This document shows positions 21,262-31,751 of a DNA stretch of 64,000 nucleotides, piece after piece; position 1 is the first letter of the stretch; the number at the start of each line of letters is the position of its first letter. This DNA comes from a virus, in the IMG/VR virus record IMGVR_UViG_3300028829_004335; one strand, written 5' to 3'. Position numbers and translations under genes: made by a program. The notes beneath the pieces were generated by a model. The model made no database searches. It was not told the origin of the DNA and saw nothing but the letters and a program-made list of their open reading frames with translations.

Positions 21262-22745
21262 GAATTTTATCTGCTGCTTTAGTAAACCATGATACTAATT
21301 TTTGTTTTTATGATAACGGAAAAATTAAATATCATAAATTAGAAAGAACAAAACAAGAAAAAAGATATGTTCTTTATCCTATACAGAGATGGAAAAAAGA
21401 AGTTGAAAATTTATGGAATATAAAAATTGATGAAATTGACGATATTATATTTCAATTTGATCCATATACTATGTTACCAAACCATTTGAAAAATAAAATA
21501 TTTAATTCAGATTTTTTACAAAAATTAGATAGTGATGTTTGTTCTTATCTTGGAGTAAAAAGTGCTTGGTTTATAGGCCATCATTATTCACATGCAAAAA
21601 GCACTTGGATGATGGAAGATAAAAAAAGTGATATACAAATTGTTATTGATGGTCTTGGAGATGGTAGACCTTGGACCATATATAAAGATAATGAAATTTT
21701 AGATTTTGGTGATATAAAAAAAGGATCAATAGGATGGGGAATGAGAGATGCTGGTAAATTTTTGGGAATAAGAGCAATACACCAAAATGATATAGCAGGA
21801 AAACTTATGGGTCTACAATCATATGGTAATGTTGATTATGATTTTTTAAATAAACTTTCTATCTATAATATGGACGATATTAATACAATATTTGATAAGT
21901 CATTGTGGAAAAATGAATCATCATATATTGACTGGATAAGAACTATTCATTTTAAGATTGGAAATTTGCTTGTAGATTTTTTTAAAAAATATACTAATAA
22001 ATATGATATAATTTCATATTCTGGTGGTGTTGCGCAAAATGTTGTTTGGAATACACAACTAAAAAACAATTTTCCAAATATTATAATACCACCACATTCT
22101 TCTGATGAAGGGATTAGTTTAGGTGCTATAAAAGTTTTACTTGATTATCATGGTATAACTATTTCAAAAATAAATAATTTTCCTTATTGTCAATCAGATA
22201 TTGCACCACCAAAATCACCGTCTGATAAAACTATTGATAGGATAGTTGAACTTTTATCAAATAATAAAACTGTAGGTGTTTATTTTGGTAATGGTGAAAT
22301 AGGACCACGAGCACTTGGAAATAGATCTATATTAATGAACCCTAAAATAAAAAATGGTAAAAACAAAATAAATGACATAAAAAATAGAGAATACTATAGA
22401 CCTTTTGGTGCAGTAATTTTAGAAAAATATTTTGATAAATATTTTAATGGTTTTGCTGATGAATATATGTTATACACATCTGAATTTAAAAATAGTTCTT
22501 ATGTGTATGATTCTATATCTCACATAGATAATACTTGTAGATTACAAATATGTAAAGATGGTAATATGAAAAAAATATTAGAAAAGTTTAATGAAAAAAC
22601 AGGTTGTTCAATGTTATTGAACACTAGTTTAAATTTATCGGGTAAACCAATAGCAGGGTATCCACAAGATGCCTTTTCTTTATTTAAAAGTTCTAATTTA
22701 GATTGTGTCGTTATTGGAGATAAAATATATGAAAGTAAATTTTGA
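21258..22745 (+). CDS. O-carbamoyltransferase, NodU/CmcH family
   Basis: HDT, HHYSHA, DGLGD, AGKLMGL, SGGVAQN, DEGISLGA, GPRALGNRSIL, KNREYYRPFG, SHIDNTCRLQ, LLNTSLN..G.PI. Confidence 0.92.
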   Translation: MRILSAALVNHDTNFCFYDNGKIKYHKLERTKQEKRYVLYPIQRWKKEVENLWNIKIDEIDDIIFQFDPYTMLPNHLKNKIFNSDFLQKLDSDVCSYLGVKSAWFIGHHYSHAKSTWMMEDKKSDIQIVIDGLGDGRPWTIYKDNEILDFGDIKKGSIGWGMRDAGKFLGIRAIHQNDIAGKLMGLQSYGNVDYDFLNKLSIYNMDDINTIFDKSLWKNESSYIDWIRTIHFKIGNLLVDFFKKYTNKYDIISYSGGVAQNVVWNTQLKNNFPNIIIPPHSSDEGISLGAIKVLLDYHGITISKINNFPYCQSDIAPPKSPSDKTIDRIVELLSNNKTVGVYFGNGEIGPRALGNRSILMNPKIKNGKNKINDIKNREYYRPFGAVILEKYFDKYFNGFADEYMLYTSEFKNSSYVYDSISHIDNTCRLQICKDGNMKKILEKFNEKTGCSMLLNTSLNLSGKPIAGYPQDAFSLFKSSNLDCVVIGDKIYESKF

Positions 22746-22761
22746 ATTAGAAGAATATAAA

Positions 22762-23340
22762 ATGTCAAATAAACAATATATCTCTAAAATAATTTCAGAA
22801 CAATGTGTTGAAAAAGCAGATGGTTATTTCTTTGGAAAAATGCCAGGAACTAGATATTCTTCTCAATTTTATTTATCAAGAGCACTATATAATACTGATT
22901 TTTTAAATTGTGTAGCGGAAGAATTTTATAAAATAGTTGAAAATGAAATAGGAAATTTTGAATTTCAGATTACAGGACAAGAGTTTTCATCAATACCTCT
23001 CTTAGTTTCAATTCCTATTTTATTAGAAAAAAAATATGACATTAAATTAAATTCTTTTATGATTAAAAATGAAAGAAAAACATATGGCATACATAACTAT
23101 ATTGAGGGAAATACTTTAGATTTGCCTGTTCTTATTATAGGAGAAATGTGTAATTCTACCAATACATTTTTACATTGTCATAATGTATTAAAATATCAAA
23201 AATTTGTCATTTTACCTTATATTTTTGCAGTTCTAAATAAATATGGGTCTAAGTTTCCAAATTGGAACTCTGAAGATAGATATTTAAAAAGAGATTTTAA
23301 ACCATTGACAATTTTAAATAGAGATGATTTGAAAATATGA
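22762..23340 (+). CDS. PyrE-like phosphoribosyltransferase paralog lacking the PRPP-binding DD motif
   Basis: GQEFSSIPL...KNERKTYGIHNYIEG...VLIIGEMCNSTNT aligns with the next gene. Start uncertain (22705, 22729 or 22762). Confidence 0.65.
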   Translation: MSNKQYISKIISEQCVEKADGYFFGKMPGTRYSSQFYLSRALYNTDFLNCVAEEFYKIVENEIGNFEFQITGQEFSSIPLLVSIPILLEKKYDIKLNSFMIKNERKTYGIHNYIEGNTLDLPVLIIGEMCNSTNTFLHCHNVLKYQKFVILPYIFAVLNKYGSKFPNWNSEDRYLKRDFKPLTILNRDDLKI

Positions 23341-24047
23341 TAGAGTCTGAAAAAAAGTTAGAAATCAAAAATAAAATACAAAAATTTATAGATGAAGATT
23401 GTATTTTTAGGTGCAATCCTGAGATTGAATATGTCCCTAAACATATAAAAGGAGTTATTCCAGGAAAATATAAAGATAATAAATATCAATTTTTTCTGAG
23501 AAAACTTTCACATAATTCTACTATGCTTTATTATAGTAGTTTATTGTTGTTAGATGAGATTTTATTAAGATATGTTCAAGAAGAAAAAGAACCATATTTT
23601 CAATTGTGTGGATTAGAAACTGGATCTTTACCTTTAATTACTGGAATTCAACAAAATGCTTTAAAATTTAATATAAATATTAATAGTTTTTCTGTTAGGA
23701 AGAATAGAAAATCTTATGGTCTTTTTAATTTTGTAGAGGGCATCCCAACAGATGCTCCAGTAATTATAGTAGATGACTTGATAAATAGTGGTGGTAGTTG
23801 TTTTAGATGCTTAGATGTGTGTAAATATGAATTAGGATTAGAAGTTGTGAATGAGTTTTATTCAATAATGACTTTTCTTGACGACCCATATCGTATTAAT
23901 TTTAAAGATATTGATTATACTATAAATTCTTTATTTGTAAAAAGTGATTTTGATTTAAATTATGATCCTGATAAATATTGGATTCCAGATGATTGTGATA
24001 AGAGTATAAATAAAAGACCAGAGTATCAACAGGGAATTCTTTATTAG
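23337..24047 (+). CDS. Type I (orotate PRTase-like) phosphoribosyltransferase
   Basis: GLETGSLPL...VRKNRKSYG..NFVEG...VIIVDDLINSGGS. Confidence 0.8.
   Translation: MIESEKKLEIKNKIQKFIDEDCIFRCNPEIEYVPKHIKGVIPGKYKDNKYQFFLRKLSHNSTMLYYSSLLLLDEILLRYVQEEKEPYFQLCGLETGSLPLITGIQQNALKFNININSFSVRKNRKSYGLFNFVEGIPTDAPVIIVDDLINSGGSCFRCLDVCKYELGLEVVNEFYSIMTFLDDPYRINFKDIDYTINSLFVKSDFDLNYDPDKYWIPDDCDKSINKRPEYQQGILY
24005..24012 (+). promoter_or_regulatory. Late promoter restarting structural transcription after the enzyme module
   Basis: Exact TATAAATA 57 nt upstream of the ATG at 24070. Confidence 0.5.
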
Positions 24048-24069
24048 TGTCTAAAAAAGAGAAGATTAA

Positions 24070-24843
24070 ATGACAATAACAGTAGCAAATACAGCAAACA
24101 CTAATACATTTGACTATTGGAGAAATAGAACAAATGAACTAGCAGATGCTATGACAAATAAAACAGTAACAGTAGATTCTAATACTGCTACTGGTAATGC
24201 TGCTATTACTGGAACATTTTCAGCAAATGTTTTATTTTTAGGCAACACCACAGTAAACTCAACCTCAAACTCTACCTCTATCACATTTGGAAATACTGTA
24301 CAAAATACTGTTGTCAATACTTCTTCTATCACATTTGGAAATACTGTACAAAATACTGTTGTCAATACTTCTTCTATCACATTTGGAAATACTGTACAAA
24401 ATACTGTTGTCAATACTTCTTCTATCTTTATATCAAACTCTACATCAAACTTAACTATTTCAATACCTACAACATCTCAGTATGCAAATGGTAAGTTTTT
24501 TCTAAATGCAAATGGTTCATTTACTTTAGTTGAAGCCTCTATTAAGGGAAATATTGAAACTTCTGGAACAACAAATACAGAAATCAATAACTATTTAACA
24601 AATACATTCGCATCAGCAGAATATTTGCTTGCTGTAAAAGATAATAACGCTAATAATTATCAGTCTTCTAAAATATTAATTACTCACGATGTAGATAATG
24701 CATATTTGTCTGAATATGCAATAATAGTTTCAAATAACTATGTTGGTTCATTTTTTGCAAATTCAAACACATCTCATGTTAGATTATATTTTAATCCAAC
24801 ATCAACAAACACCACTATTAACTTTACAAGAGTTGAAGCATAA
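24070..24843 (+). CDS. Virion structural/fibre protein with 16-aa repeats
   Basis: N-terminal TNTFDYWRNRTNELA anchor; C-terminal SAEYLL.V.D....YQSSKILITHD...SEYA domain. Confidence 0.7.
   Translation: MTITVANTANTNTFDYWRNRTNELADAMTNKTVTVDSNTATGNAAITGTFSANVLFLGNTTVNSTSNSTSITFGNTVQNTVVNTSSITFGNTVQNTVVNTSSITFGNTVQNTVVNTSSIFISNSTSNLTISIPTTSQYANGKFFLNANGSFTLVEASIKGNIETSGTTNTEINNYLTNTFASAEYLLAVKDNNANNYQSSKILITHDVDNAYLSEYAIIVSNNYVGSFFANSNTSHVRLYFNPTSTNTTINFTRVEA
24277..24426 (+). repeat. Three perfect 48-bp tandem repeats (SITFGNTVQNTVVNTS)
   Basis: tctatcacatttggaaatactgtacaaaatactgttgtcaatacttct at 24277, 24325 and 24373, plus a 6-nt partial copy. Confidence 0.95.
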
Positions 24844-25172
24844 TGGGCACTAAACAAAATCTTGTAATAGATCAAGGTGCAACATTTTCTGCTAATCTAG
24901 TAATAAAGGATTCTGCTGGCGATTTGTTGGATTTAACAAACTATTCAGCAAATTCTCAAATGAGAAAGCATTACACTTCTACTACATCTACATCCTTTAC
25001 TACTGCAATAAATACAACATCATCAATTGTAACTATTTCTCTTACAGCAAACGAAACTAGTAATGTTGTATCTGGTAGATATGTTTATGATTTAGAAATA
25101 ACCAGTAATACTGGAATTGTCACTCGTTCTTATGAAGGAATAGTTACTGTAACTCCAGAAGTGACTAAGTAA
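24843..25172 (+). CDS. Small conserved virion protein (Ig-like)
   Basis: [11 protein letters not shown]...[15 protein letters not shown]...ISLTANET...GRYVYDLEI...[11 protein letters not shown]. Confidence 0.75.
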   Translation: MGTKQNLVIDQGATFSANLVIKDSAGDLLDLTNYSANSQMRKHYTSTTSTSFTTAINTTSSIVTISLTANETSNVVSGRYVYDLEITSNTGIVTRSYEGIVTVTPEVTK

Positions 25173-25176
25173 TAAT

Positions 25177-27885
25177 ATGAAATTTTATGTTGAAAGTGTT
25201 GTAAATAAATCTGATTTAGAAGATGATTTTACAATAGAAGAAAATGTTTTCTTTCAAGATGAAAAAATTGTTATTATTGATAATATGGAATATCACTTAA
25301 ACCATGGTGATATTGTTATTTGTGAAGATAAAAAATATTTCATAAATCCCTTTGACATAACAACAGATTCTTTTAAATATGAAATAGATAATATTTGGAA
25401 TTTAAAAGAAGATAACATTCCCCCTAAAAATAATAAAAAATATTTACTAATTGTTCCAGAGAATGAATATTCTGGACAATCTTTATTGTTTACTGAATAT
25501 AATAATAAAATTATAAAAAGAAATGAAAATGGTTCTACTGAAGTATATAATAATTCCACAAATGAATATTTTTTAAAAGAAGAACAGGTTGTTGTTTCTT
25601 ATGAGGGTGGATCTTTAGTTCCAGTTGAAAGAAAACATATACCATTAATTTTAGAAACAAATATAAAAAATGAAAAATTATTTGAGACTATAGAAAGAGG
25701 TGAACAGGGTCCACAGGGTATTCCAGGTAAAGATGGTATTCAAGGTCCTAAAGGTACTCCTGGTAAAGATGGTATTCAAGGTCCAAAAGGTGATACAGGT
25801 GAACAAGGTCCAAAAGGTGATACAGGCGAACAAGGCCCACAGGGTATTCCAGGCAAAGATGGCAGCCAAGGACCACAAGGTATCCCAGGTAAAGATGGTA
25901 TTCAAGGTCCAAAAGGTGATACTGGAGAACAAGGTCCAAAAGGTGATACTGGAGAACAAGGTCCAAAAGGTGATACTGGAGAATCAGGAGCAAGTGCAGA
26001 TAATGAACTTATAAAACAAATTGAAAAACAATTTAATAAGTTTCAAGAGAACGATAAAGAATATAGACAAAAATTAAATGCACAATTATCAACTCTTGGT
26101 GGAGGTGGTTCTACTCAATTACTAGATAATGATGATGTAATCTACAAACCAATTTCTACATTATCAAATAATACTATCCTATTCTATACAAATACTGATA
26201 AAAAATTCAAAACTATTACATTACAACAAGCTGTTACAGATGCAGGTATTTCTACAGGTGGTGGTGGAGGAATATCATTAACTGATTTAAGTGTAACAAA
26301 AAATGCAGTTGGAACAGCAAATCTCAGTTATGATAATACTACTGGAGTTTTTAGTTATACACCACCTGATTTAACATCATATCTAACTACAGTATCTTTT
26401 GGTGATTTAACAAGTACACCAACAACAATTTCTGGATATGGTATTACAGATGCCTTTGATGGTGATTATAATAGTTTATCAAATCAACCAACAATTCCAA
26501 CTGTTTTAGATTCGGTTACAAATACATCTATTACACTTGTAGCAGCTGCAAACTCAGTAAAAACTGCATATGATAGTGCTATTGATGCAAATACAAGAGC
26601 TGCTAGTGCTCAAACAGAAGCATCAAGTGCTTATTCAAATGCAGTTTCTTATACTGATACCCAATTAACAAATTATCAAACAGAAGCTGGTTTATCTGCT
26701 AATGTTGCTACACTAACATCTAATAATTCATTATTCTTAGGTGGAGTTGCTGCAGCTGATTATCAAACTGAAGCAGGTTTATCTGCTAATGTTGCTACTT
26801 TAGCTGCTAATTCTGCAACATATTTAAATGGAAATACTGCAAGTGATTTAAGGTCTTATTCTGATACAACATCTGCTACTGCATATTCTAATGCAGTTTC
26901 TTATACTGATACAGAATTAGCTAATTATCAAACGGAAGCAGGACTGGCATCCAATGTTGCCACTTTAACATCTAATAATTCTGATAATTTAGGTGGAGTT
27001 GCTGCTGCATCATATGCACAATTAGCATCACCAACATTTACTGGAACATTGAGTGCAACAAATGTTACTTTAAATAGTGGTCAATTAACTATTAATTATA
27101 CTTCAACAACAAATCCTGCACTTTCTATTGTATCCACTGAAGATGGTTCTGCTGCATCACCAGAAATAGAATTATACAAAAATTCAGCAACACCTGCAAA
27201 TGGTGATTATCTTGGTCAAATAAAATTTGTAGGTGAAAGTGACACTGGAGTAAAAAGAAACTTTGCTAAAATTACTGGTAAAGTTTCTGATGTTACAAAT
27301 AATAGTGAAGATGGTTTAATAGAAACTGCAATACATAAAGCTGGTTCATTAACAATTGTTTCTAGACAAACCCATTCTGATTTGAAATTGATAAATGGAA
27401 CAGGATTGGAAGTTGATGGTAATGCAGGATTTGGTGGTAATACTACACCTTCTCACGCTATTCGTGCTGATGGTGATATAAGTTTAAACGGTGGTATTCA
27501 CGCAAATGGTTCTTTGGGTACTGATGGACAAATTCTTAAAAGTAATGGATCTGTATCATATTGGGGAACTGAAAATCAAACAATTTCAGTAACCACTACT
27601 GGAACAGATGCACAAGATGTTGATATATTTGCTATTGATACATATAGAACTGCAAAATATACTTATTCCGTAACTGATAATAATGCAAATGCATACCAAA
27701 TTGGTGAAATAATGACTGTTTTTGATGGAACAAATGGACTTATGAATGAATATGGTGTGGTTTACTCTAATACTCAATTTGTCAATTTTTCTGTAACTGC
27801 AAATGCTACACATAATATATTACAAGTAACTCCTACATCATCAAACACTACAATAAAATTCAAAAAAAGTTTGTTAGAAGTGTAA
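25177..27885 (+). CDS. Collagen-like fibre protein
   Basis: 33 Gly-X-Y triplets, then QLSTLGGGG, coiled-coil-like [14 protein letters not shown] repeats and a C-terminal domain shared with the 24070 protein. Confidence 0.8.
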   Translation: MKFYVESVVNKSDLEDDFTIEENVFFQDEKIVIIDNMEYHLNHGDIVICEDKKYFINPFDITTDSFKYEIDNIWNLKEDNIPPKNNKKYLLIVPENEYSGQSLLFTEYNNKIIKRNENGSTEVYNNSTNEYFLKEEQVVVSYEGGSLVPVERKHIPLILETNIKNEKLFETIERGEQGPQGIPGKDGIQGPKGTPGKDGIQGPKGDTGEQGPKGDTGEQGPQGIPGKDGSQGPQGIPGKDGIQGPKGDTGEQGPKGDTGEQGPKGDTGESGASADNELIKQIEKQFNKFQENDKEYRQKLNAQLSTLGGGGSTQLLDNDDVIYKPISTLSNNTILFYTNTDKKFKTITLQQAVTDAGISTGGGGGISLTDLSVTKNAVGTANLSYDNTTGVFSYTPPDLTSYLTTVSFGDLTSTPTTISGYGITDAFDGDYNSLSNQPTIPTVLDSVTNTSITLVAAANSVKTAYDSAIDANTRAASAQTEASSAYSNAVSYTDTQLTNYQTEAGLSANVATLTSNNSLFLGGVAAADYQTEAGLSANVATLAANSATYLNGNTASDLRSYSDTTSATAYSNAVSYTDTELANYQTEAGLASNVATLTSNNSDNLGGVAAASYAQLASPTFTGTLSATNVTLNSGQLTINYTSTTNPALSIVSTEDGSAASPEIELYKNSATPANGDYLGQIKFVGESDTGVKRNFAKITGKVSDVTNNSEDGLIETAIHKAGSLTIVSRQTHSDLKLINGTGLEVDGNAGFGGNTTPSHAIRADGDISLNGGIHANGSLGTDGQILKSNGSVSYWGTENQTISVTTTGTDAQDVDIFAIDTYRTAKYTYSVTDNNANAYQIGEIMTVFDGTNGLMNEYGVVYSNTQFVNFSVTANATHNILQVTPTSSNTTIKFKKSLLEV
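25699..25995 (+). repeat. Collagen Gly-X-Y repeat region
   Basis: [12 protein letters not shown] ... GES GAS (33 triplets); near-perfect 27-bp units ggtccaaaaggtgatactggagaacaa from 25906. Confidence 0.95.
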
Positions 27886-27902
27886 TTTAAGATATAAACT
27901 AT

Positions 27903-27910
27903 TATAAATA
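27903..27910 (+). promoter_or_regulatory. Late promoter for the small-fibre cassette
   Basis: Exact intergenic TATAAATA 31 nt before the TTG start. Confidence 0.75.
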
Positions 27911-27941
27911 AAAGAAACATAAACCGAACGGAGAATGAAGT

Positions 27942-28451
27942 TTGGCCGATAAAGAATTCATAGTTCGCAAAGGACTAGTAGTTGCTAATACTGTTATTGT
28001 AACAGATGGAGCAAATACAAAATTTGACACCGATGTATTAGTTGTTGATGGTTCCAATGACAGAGTAGGTGTTAATACTGCATCCCCTTCAGTTTCATTA
28101 GAAATAGCAGCCAATGATGCTATTCTAATTCCAATTGGTACTACTGCACAAAGACCTGCTGCAGCCAATGGTTCTTTCCGTTATAATACAGATGATAACC
28201 AATTTGAAGGTTATGCCAATGGTGAATGGGGTGCCATCGCCGGTGGTGGTGGTTCTGCATACTTTAAAGGTAATGATGGACCAATCGGTGATGCTGCAGC
28301 TGCTAATAATCTAATGCGAATTAATAGTAATACTCAAAGTAATAATATTACTGTTATTGCTGGTGAAAATGCTTTGATGGTTGGACCAATTACTATTGGT
28401 TCTGGTAATACATTAACAATCGATACTGGAGCAAGGGTGGTAATAGCATAA
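27942..28451 (+). CDS. Tail fibre-related protein
   Basis: TTG start with GGAG; ADKEFIVRKGL; IPIGTTAQRP...FRYNTDDNQFEGY; ends GPITIGSGNTLTIDTGARVVI. Confidence 0.75.
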   Translation: MADKEFIVRKGLVVANTVIVTDGANTKFDTDVLVVDGSNDRVGVNTASPSVSLEIAANDAILIPIGTTAQRPAAANGSFRYNTDDNQFEGYANGEWGAIAGGGGSAYFKGNDGPIGDAAAANNLMRINSNTQSNNITVIAGENALMVGPITIGSGNTLTIDTGARVVIA

Positions 28452-28753
28452 TGTCAGAAATTATAGCAAATATAGCAACAATTGGTATTGCTAACACATC
28501 CGCAAATGGAAGTGCCACATTAACAAATCAATTGGAACTCAGATGGGGTTCAGTTCAAGCCAACAGTTCTGTTGGTGATATAACGTTTGAAACCCCATTT
28601 TCGTCTTTGTTTTCCATAACAATTACACCAGAAACTTCAACAGTCGATTCCACATATCAACCACAGTTGATAGCATCGAATACTACAACAGCAAACGTCA
28701 GAACATCCAATACTACTTCCATCACAGTTTATTATAATGCGTTTGGAATATAA
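28451..28753 (+). CDS. Stand-alone tail-fibre tip domain, paralog of the 11769 C-terminus
   Basis: LRWGSVQANSSVGDITF...DSTYQ..LIASNTTTANVRT versus IQYGSVDANTTVGDITF...DSTYQ..VIASNTSTANVRT. Confidence 0.75.
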   Translation: MSEIIANIATIGIANTSANGSATLTNQLELRWGSVQANSSVGDITFETPFSSLFSITITPETSTVDSTYQPQLIASNTTTANVRTSNTTSITVYYNAFGI

Positions 28754-28800
28754 TAAATGATTTGTTCCAACAAGCATCACAAATTTCATAAGGAACTGAT

Positions 28801-29406
28801 ATGAGCACACTAAGTGTAACAACTATTGATACAGCAAATAGTTCAACTGATCTGACTATTAGGACTGGCAATGTTGCTGGACCTTCTATTGTGATGTATG
28901 CTAATGGTGCGGGTAGTACTATAACAAATCTAATACCAACTGCTAATAGCACAGTCGAAGGACTTGCCCCACAGTGGCCATATGCAACTGCTAATACTAC
29001 AACTGGGGGGATTTCAGAACTAGCTACTGCATCCGAATATCGTAGCGATACTGCTGGCGCAAAAGCGTTAACACCAGAGTTTGTCTGGGATTCCATGGTC
29101 GAAGTTGGTTTGAGTGATGGTGCAAATATTGCCGTAGATATGTCTACTGGATTTGATTTCAGTGTGACTTTGGCCGGTAGTCGCACGCTAGATAATCCAA
29201 CAAATACAAAGGTCGGTCAAAAGGGTCGTTTCAGAATAACACAAGATGGTACAGGTAGTAGAACTCTTGCATTTGGCAGCAATTACGAATTTGCAGGAGG
29301 TACAGTAGTATCATTAACTACTACTGCAAGTGCAGATGATATTCTGTACTATGACGTTATTTCTTCGACCCGCATCATCATCACTAGTGTATTGGATATT
29401 TCATAA
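28801..29406 (+). CDS. Fibre-associated structural protein
   Basis: C-terminal LSDGANIAVD...TLAGSRTLDNPTN...QDGTGSRTL; paralog of 31751. Confidence 0.7.
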   Translation: MSTLSVTTIDTANSSTDLTIRTGNVAGPSIVMYANGAGSTITNLIPTANSTVEGLAPQWPYATANTTTGGISELATASEYRSDTAGAKALTPEFVWDSMVEVGLSDGANIAVDMSTGFDFSVTLAGSRTLDNPTNTKVGQKGRFRITQDGTGSRTLAFGSNYEFAGGTVVSLTTTASADDILYYDVISSTRIIITSVLDIS

Positions 29407-30119
29407 TGTTACCAGGAATTATGATTGGGCCTGGAATGGCTGCTGCTGCCGCAGGTGGTACTATTACATTTAGTTTTGAGGATGAGTACAAAAGGACGCA
29501 ATCGTCTGGCGATGTAACAGCATCAAGTATGAGCCTCGGAACTGCAGCAGCAGATCGAATTATAGTTGTTGCATATCAACACAATGATGTTGGACCTATG
29601 ACATCTTGTACCATTGCCGGAATTACTGCAACTAATATAGTTGAAAATACACAAGATGATAAAGCATATGCTTCTATTTGGGCTGCCTCGGTTACTTCGG
29701 GTACAACTGGTGATGTTGTGCTATCTGGTGTCTCACCATTAAAGTGTGCAAGTTTAGCTGTTTATGCTATGTATGGTGCTTCTATAACACCAGAAACCAC
29801 AACTACAGATGGAAATTCTACCGGTACTTCAGTATCTTTGAATACAAATATATCAACAGGAGAACTTGCAATCGTGTCGGTTTCACACATTGGTTCTGAA
29901 AAGGGAACGACGGCTGCGTCTGTTGCTGGTATTACCAAAGACCACGAACTTCTAGGTGCCAACGACTTTCTTCCTGGTACTGAAGAAGAGGGCCACTTTG
30001 TGGCCGGAAGTCATCTAGCTACATCTACCGAAACGCCTAGAACCTTCAGTGTTACTGGATTGAATGAATCATCAAGTGATTTCGTGGCTGGATGTTTAGC
30101 TGTTTTTAGCCCAGCGTAA
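29406..30119 (+). CDS. Beta-rich putative receptor-binding/virion protein
   Basis: S/T/A/G-rich beta pattern, TAATG-coupled to the upstream fibre gene, raised GC. Confidence 0.55.
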   Translation: MLPGIMIGPGMAAAAAGGTITFSFEDEYKRTQSSGDVTASSMSLGTAAADRIIVVAYQHNDVGPMTSCTIAGITATNIVENTQDDKAYASIWAASVTSGTTGDVVLSGVSPLKCASLAVYAMYGASITPETTTTDGNSTGTSVSLNTNISTGELAIVSVSHIGSEKGTTAASVAGITKDHELLGANDFLPGTEEEGHFVAGSHLATSTETPRTFSVTGLNESSSDFVAGCLAVFSPA

Positions 30120-30146
30120 ATATTAAACAAGATTAGGAGAAAATAA

Positions 30147-30914
30147 ATGCCATACGTCTTAAATGGAATTACATTAAAACAAGGAAAGGGATTTACCATT
30201 GCAGATGGAACGCAGTTTCCTCCTAATTGGTTAAGACTTTCCACTGACCAAGAAAAACAAAATCTTGGTATTGTTTGGATAGATCCACCACCAAAACCAA
30301 CACCACCACCACCAACAAAAGACCAATTATATCAACAATGTGCAAATGTTCGTTGGGAAATTCAAGATGGTGGTATTACAGTAACTTTTGATGTAGATCC
30401 ACTTTTAGTTGTTCCAATTTCAACAGATGACCAGACACAAAGATTTCTTACTGCAGCAATAGTCAAAATTACAGAAAATCCAAACTACGTTATTGAATCA
30501 TATAAAATTGGTCCAAATCAATATGTATCACTAACTGCTGATATGATAACTTTGATATCAGAAAGAGTTGAAAAACATATTCAAGATTGTTTCTCTGCAA
30601 ATAAACTTGTAGATGCTAAGATTGAAGATGGTACATATACTACAAATGAAGATTTGCGTGATGCAATAGAATGGAATGATGTAAAAGCAGCTTCAGGAAA
30701 TCATAAAACGGCAAAGACCGATAAATACAACGAATCAATAGCAATCAAAGATTCATTAGTCGCAAATCTATCTGACCCAACAACAGAGGCTGCTGTTGTG
30801 TATATTTCAATGTTAGATGATAGATTACTTGAATTGGAACAAGAAATTAATTCTTCATCAACACAACAACAATTAGATGAAATTGATTTCAACTTTCCTG
30901 TATTTGGTGGATAA
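30147..30914 (+). CDS. Tail fibre assembly-like protein with DUF4376-like domain
   Basis: GTQFPPNWLRLSTDQEKQNLGI; RWEIQDGGI...STDDQTQ...IQDCFSA. Confidence 0.55.
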   Translation: MPYVLNGITLKQGKGFTIADGTQFPPNWLRLSTDQEKQNLGIVWIDPPPKPTPPPPTKDQLYQQCANVRWEIQDGGITVTFDVDPLLVVPISTDDQTQRFLTAAIVKITENPNYVIESYKIGPNQYVSLTADMITLISERVEKHIQDCFSANKLVDAKIEDGTYTTNEDLRDAIEWNDVKAASGNHKTAKTDKYNESIAIKDSLVANLSDPTTEAAVVYISMLDDRLLELEQEINSSSTQQQLDEIDFNFPVFGG

Positions 30915-30929
30915 TTAAAAGGAACCAAT

Positions 30930-31751
30930 ATGTCAACTGTACAAGTATCAAATTTAAATGAAAATAAATTTTGTACCTATGTTACTTTTTATAGAGGTAA
31001 TAAGCTTCCTCCTTTTTATATTGGTTATACTAAAATATATAACATCAACAAAGGTTATAGAGGTTCGGTTTCTTCAAAAAGGTACAAAGATATTTGGAAA
31101 GAAGAAAAAACAAACAATTCAGGATTGTTTGTTACAAAAGTAATATCAGTTCATGATAATAAAGAAGAAGCAAAATCGAAAGAAGAGTCGTTACAAAGAA
31201 GATTAAATGTAATAAAAAATCCTCTTTACATAAATCGTGCTATTGGACACCATTATGATAATACGGGAAATAAACACTCAGAAGAAACTAAATTGAACTA
31301 CAGTCTATCAAGAAAGGGTCGGCCTGGACCAAACAAAGGAAAAAAAAGACCTGGTGTGGGTGGTGTGAAAAAGGGCAATATTCCTTGGAACAAAGGTTTA
31401 AAAGGAGCATTTAATCACACCGAAGAACATAAACAAAAAATTTCAGAGTCTATGAAAAACTTTGTAGAAGTAAATGGAGTGTGGAATAAAGGCATTGAAA
31501 CAGGTCCGAGAAAAACTAAAGGTATGTATCGTTGGTATTACAACGAACAAACAAAAAAGAACGGTTTGTTTGCTGAAAATGAACAACCAGCTGGATGGAC
31601 TCGTGGAATAACTAGAACAAAAGTTAAAAGAATTTGGTTTTTTAATCCACTCAATCAGACAGAAACTGTTTTTGTTGAAGAAATACAACAACCAGAAGGG
31701 TGGTTGAGGGGAAGAGGAATAACAGGAAAAAAACCGAAAGGGAATAAATAA
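30930..31751 (+). mobile_element. Free-standing GIY-YIG (Seg-like) homing endonuclease with NUMOD3-like motifs
   Basis: CTYVTFYRGNKLPPFYIGYT...YRGS...NPLYINRA; HSEETKL, HTEEHKQKIS and PWNKG motifs; interrupts the fibre cassette. Confidence 0.85.

Noticed and set aside
23337-24047. Calling this gene pyrE (pyrimidine biosynthesis auxiliary gene)
   Set aside because: Only the fold motifs are recognisable; the context and the degenerate partner argue against assigning orotate specificity.
24277-24426. Direct repeats as a CRISPR array
   Set aside because: Contiguous in-frame 48-bp units with no spacers and no cas genes.
25678-26014. Alternative-frame repetitive ORFs over the collagen region
   Set aside because: By-products of the Gly-X-Y DNA repeats.
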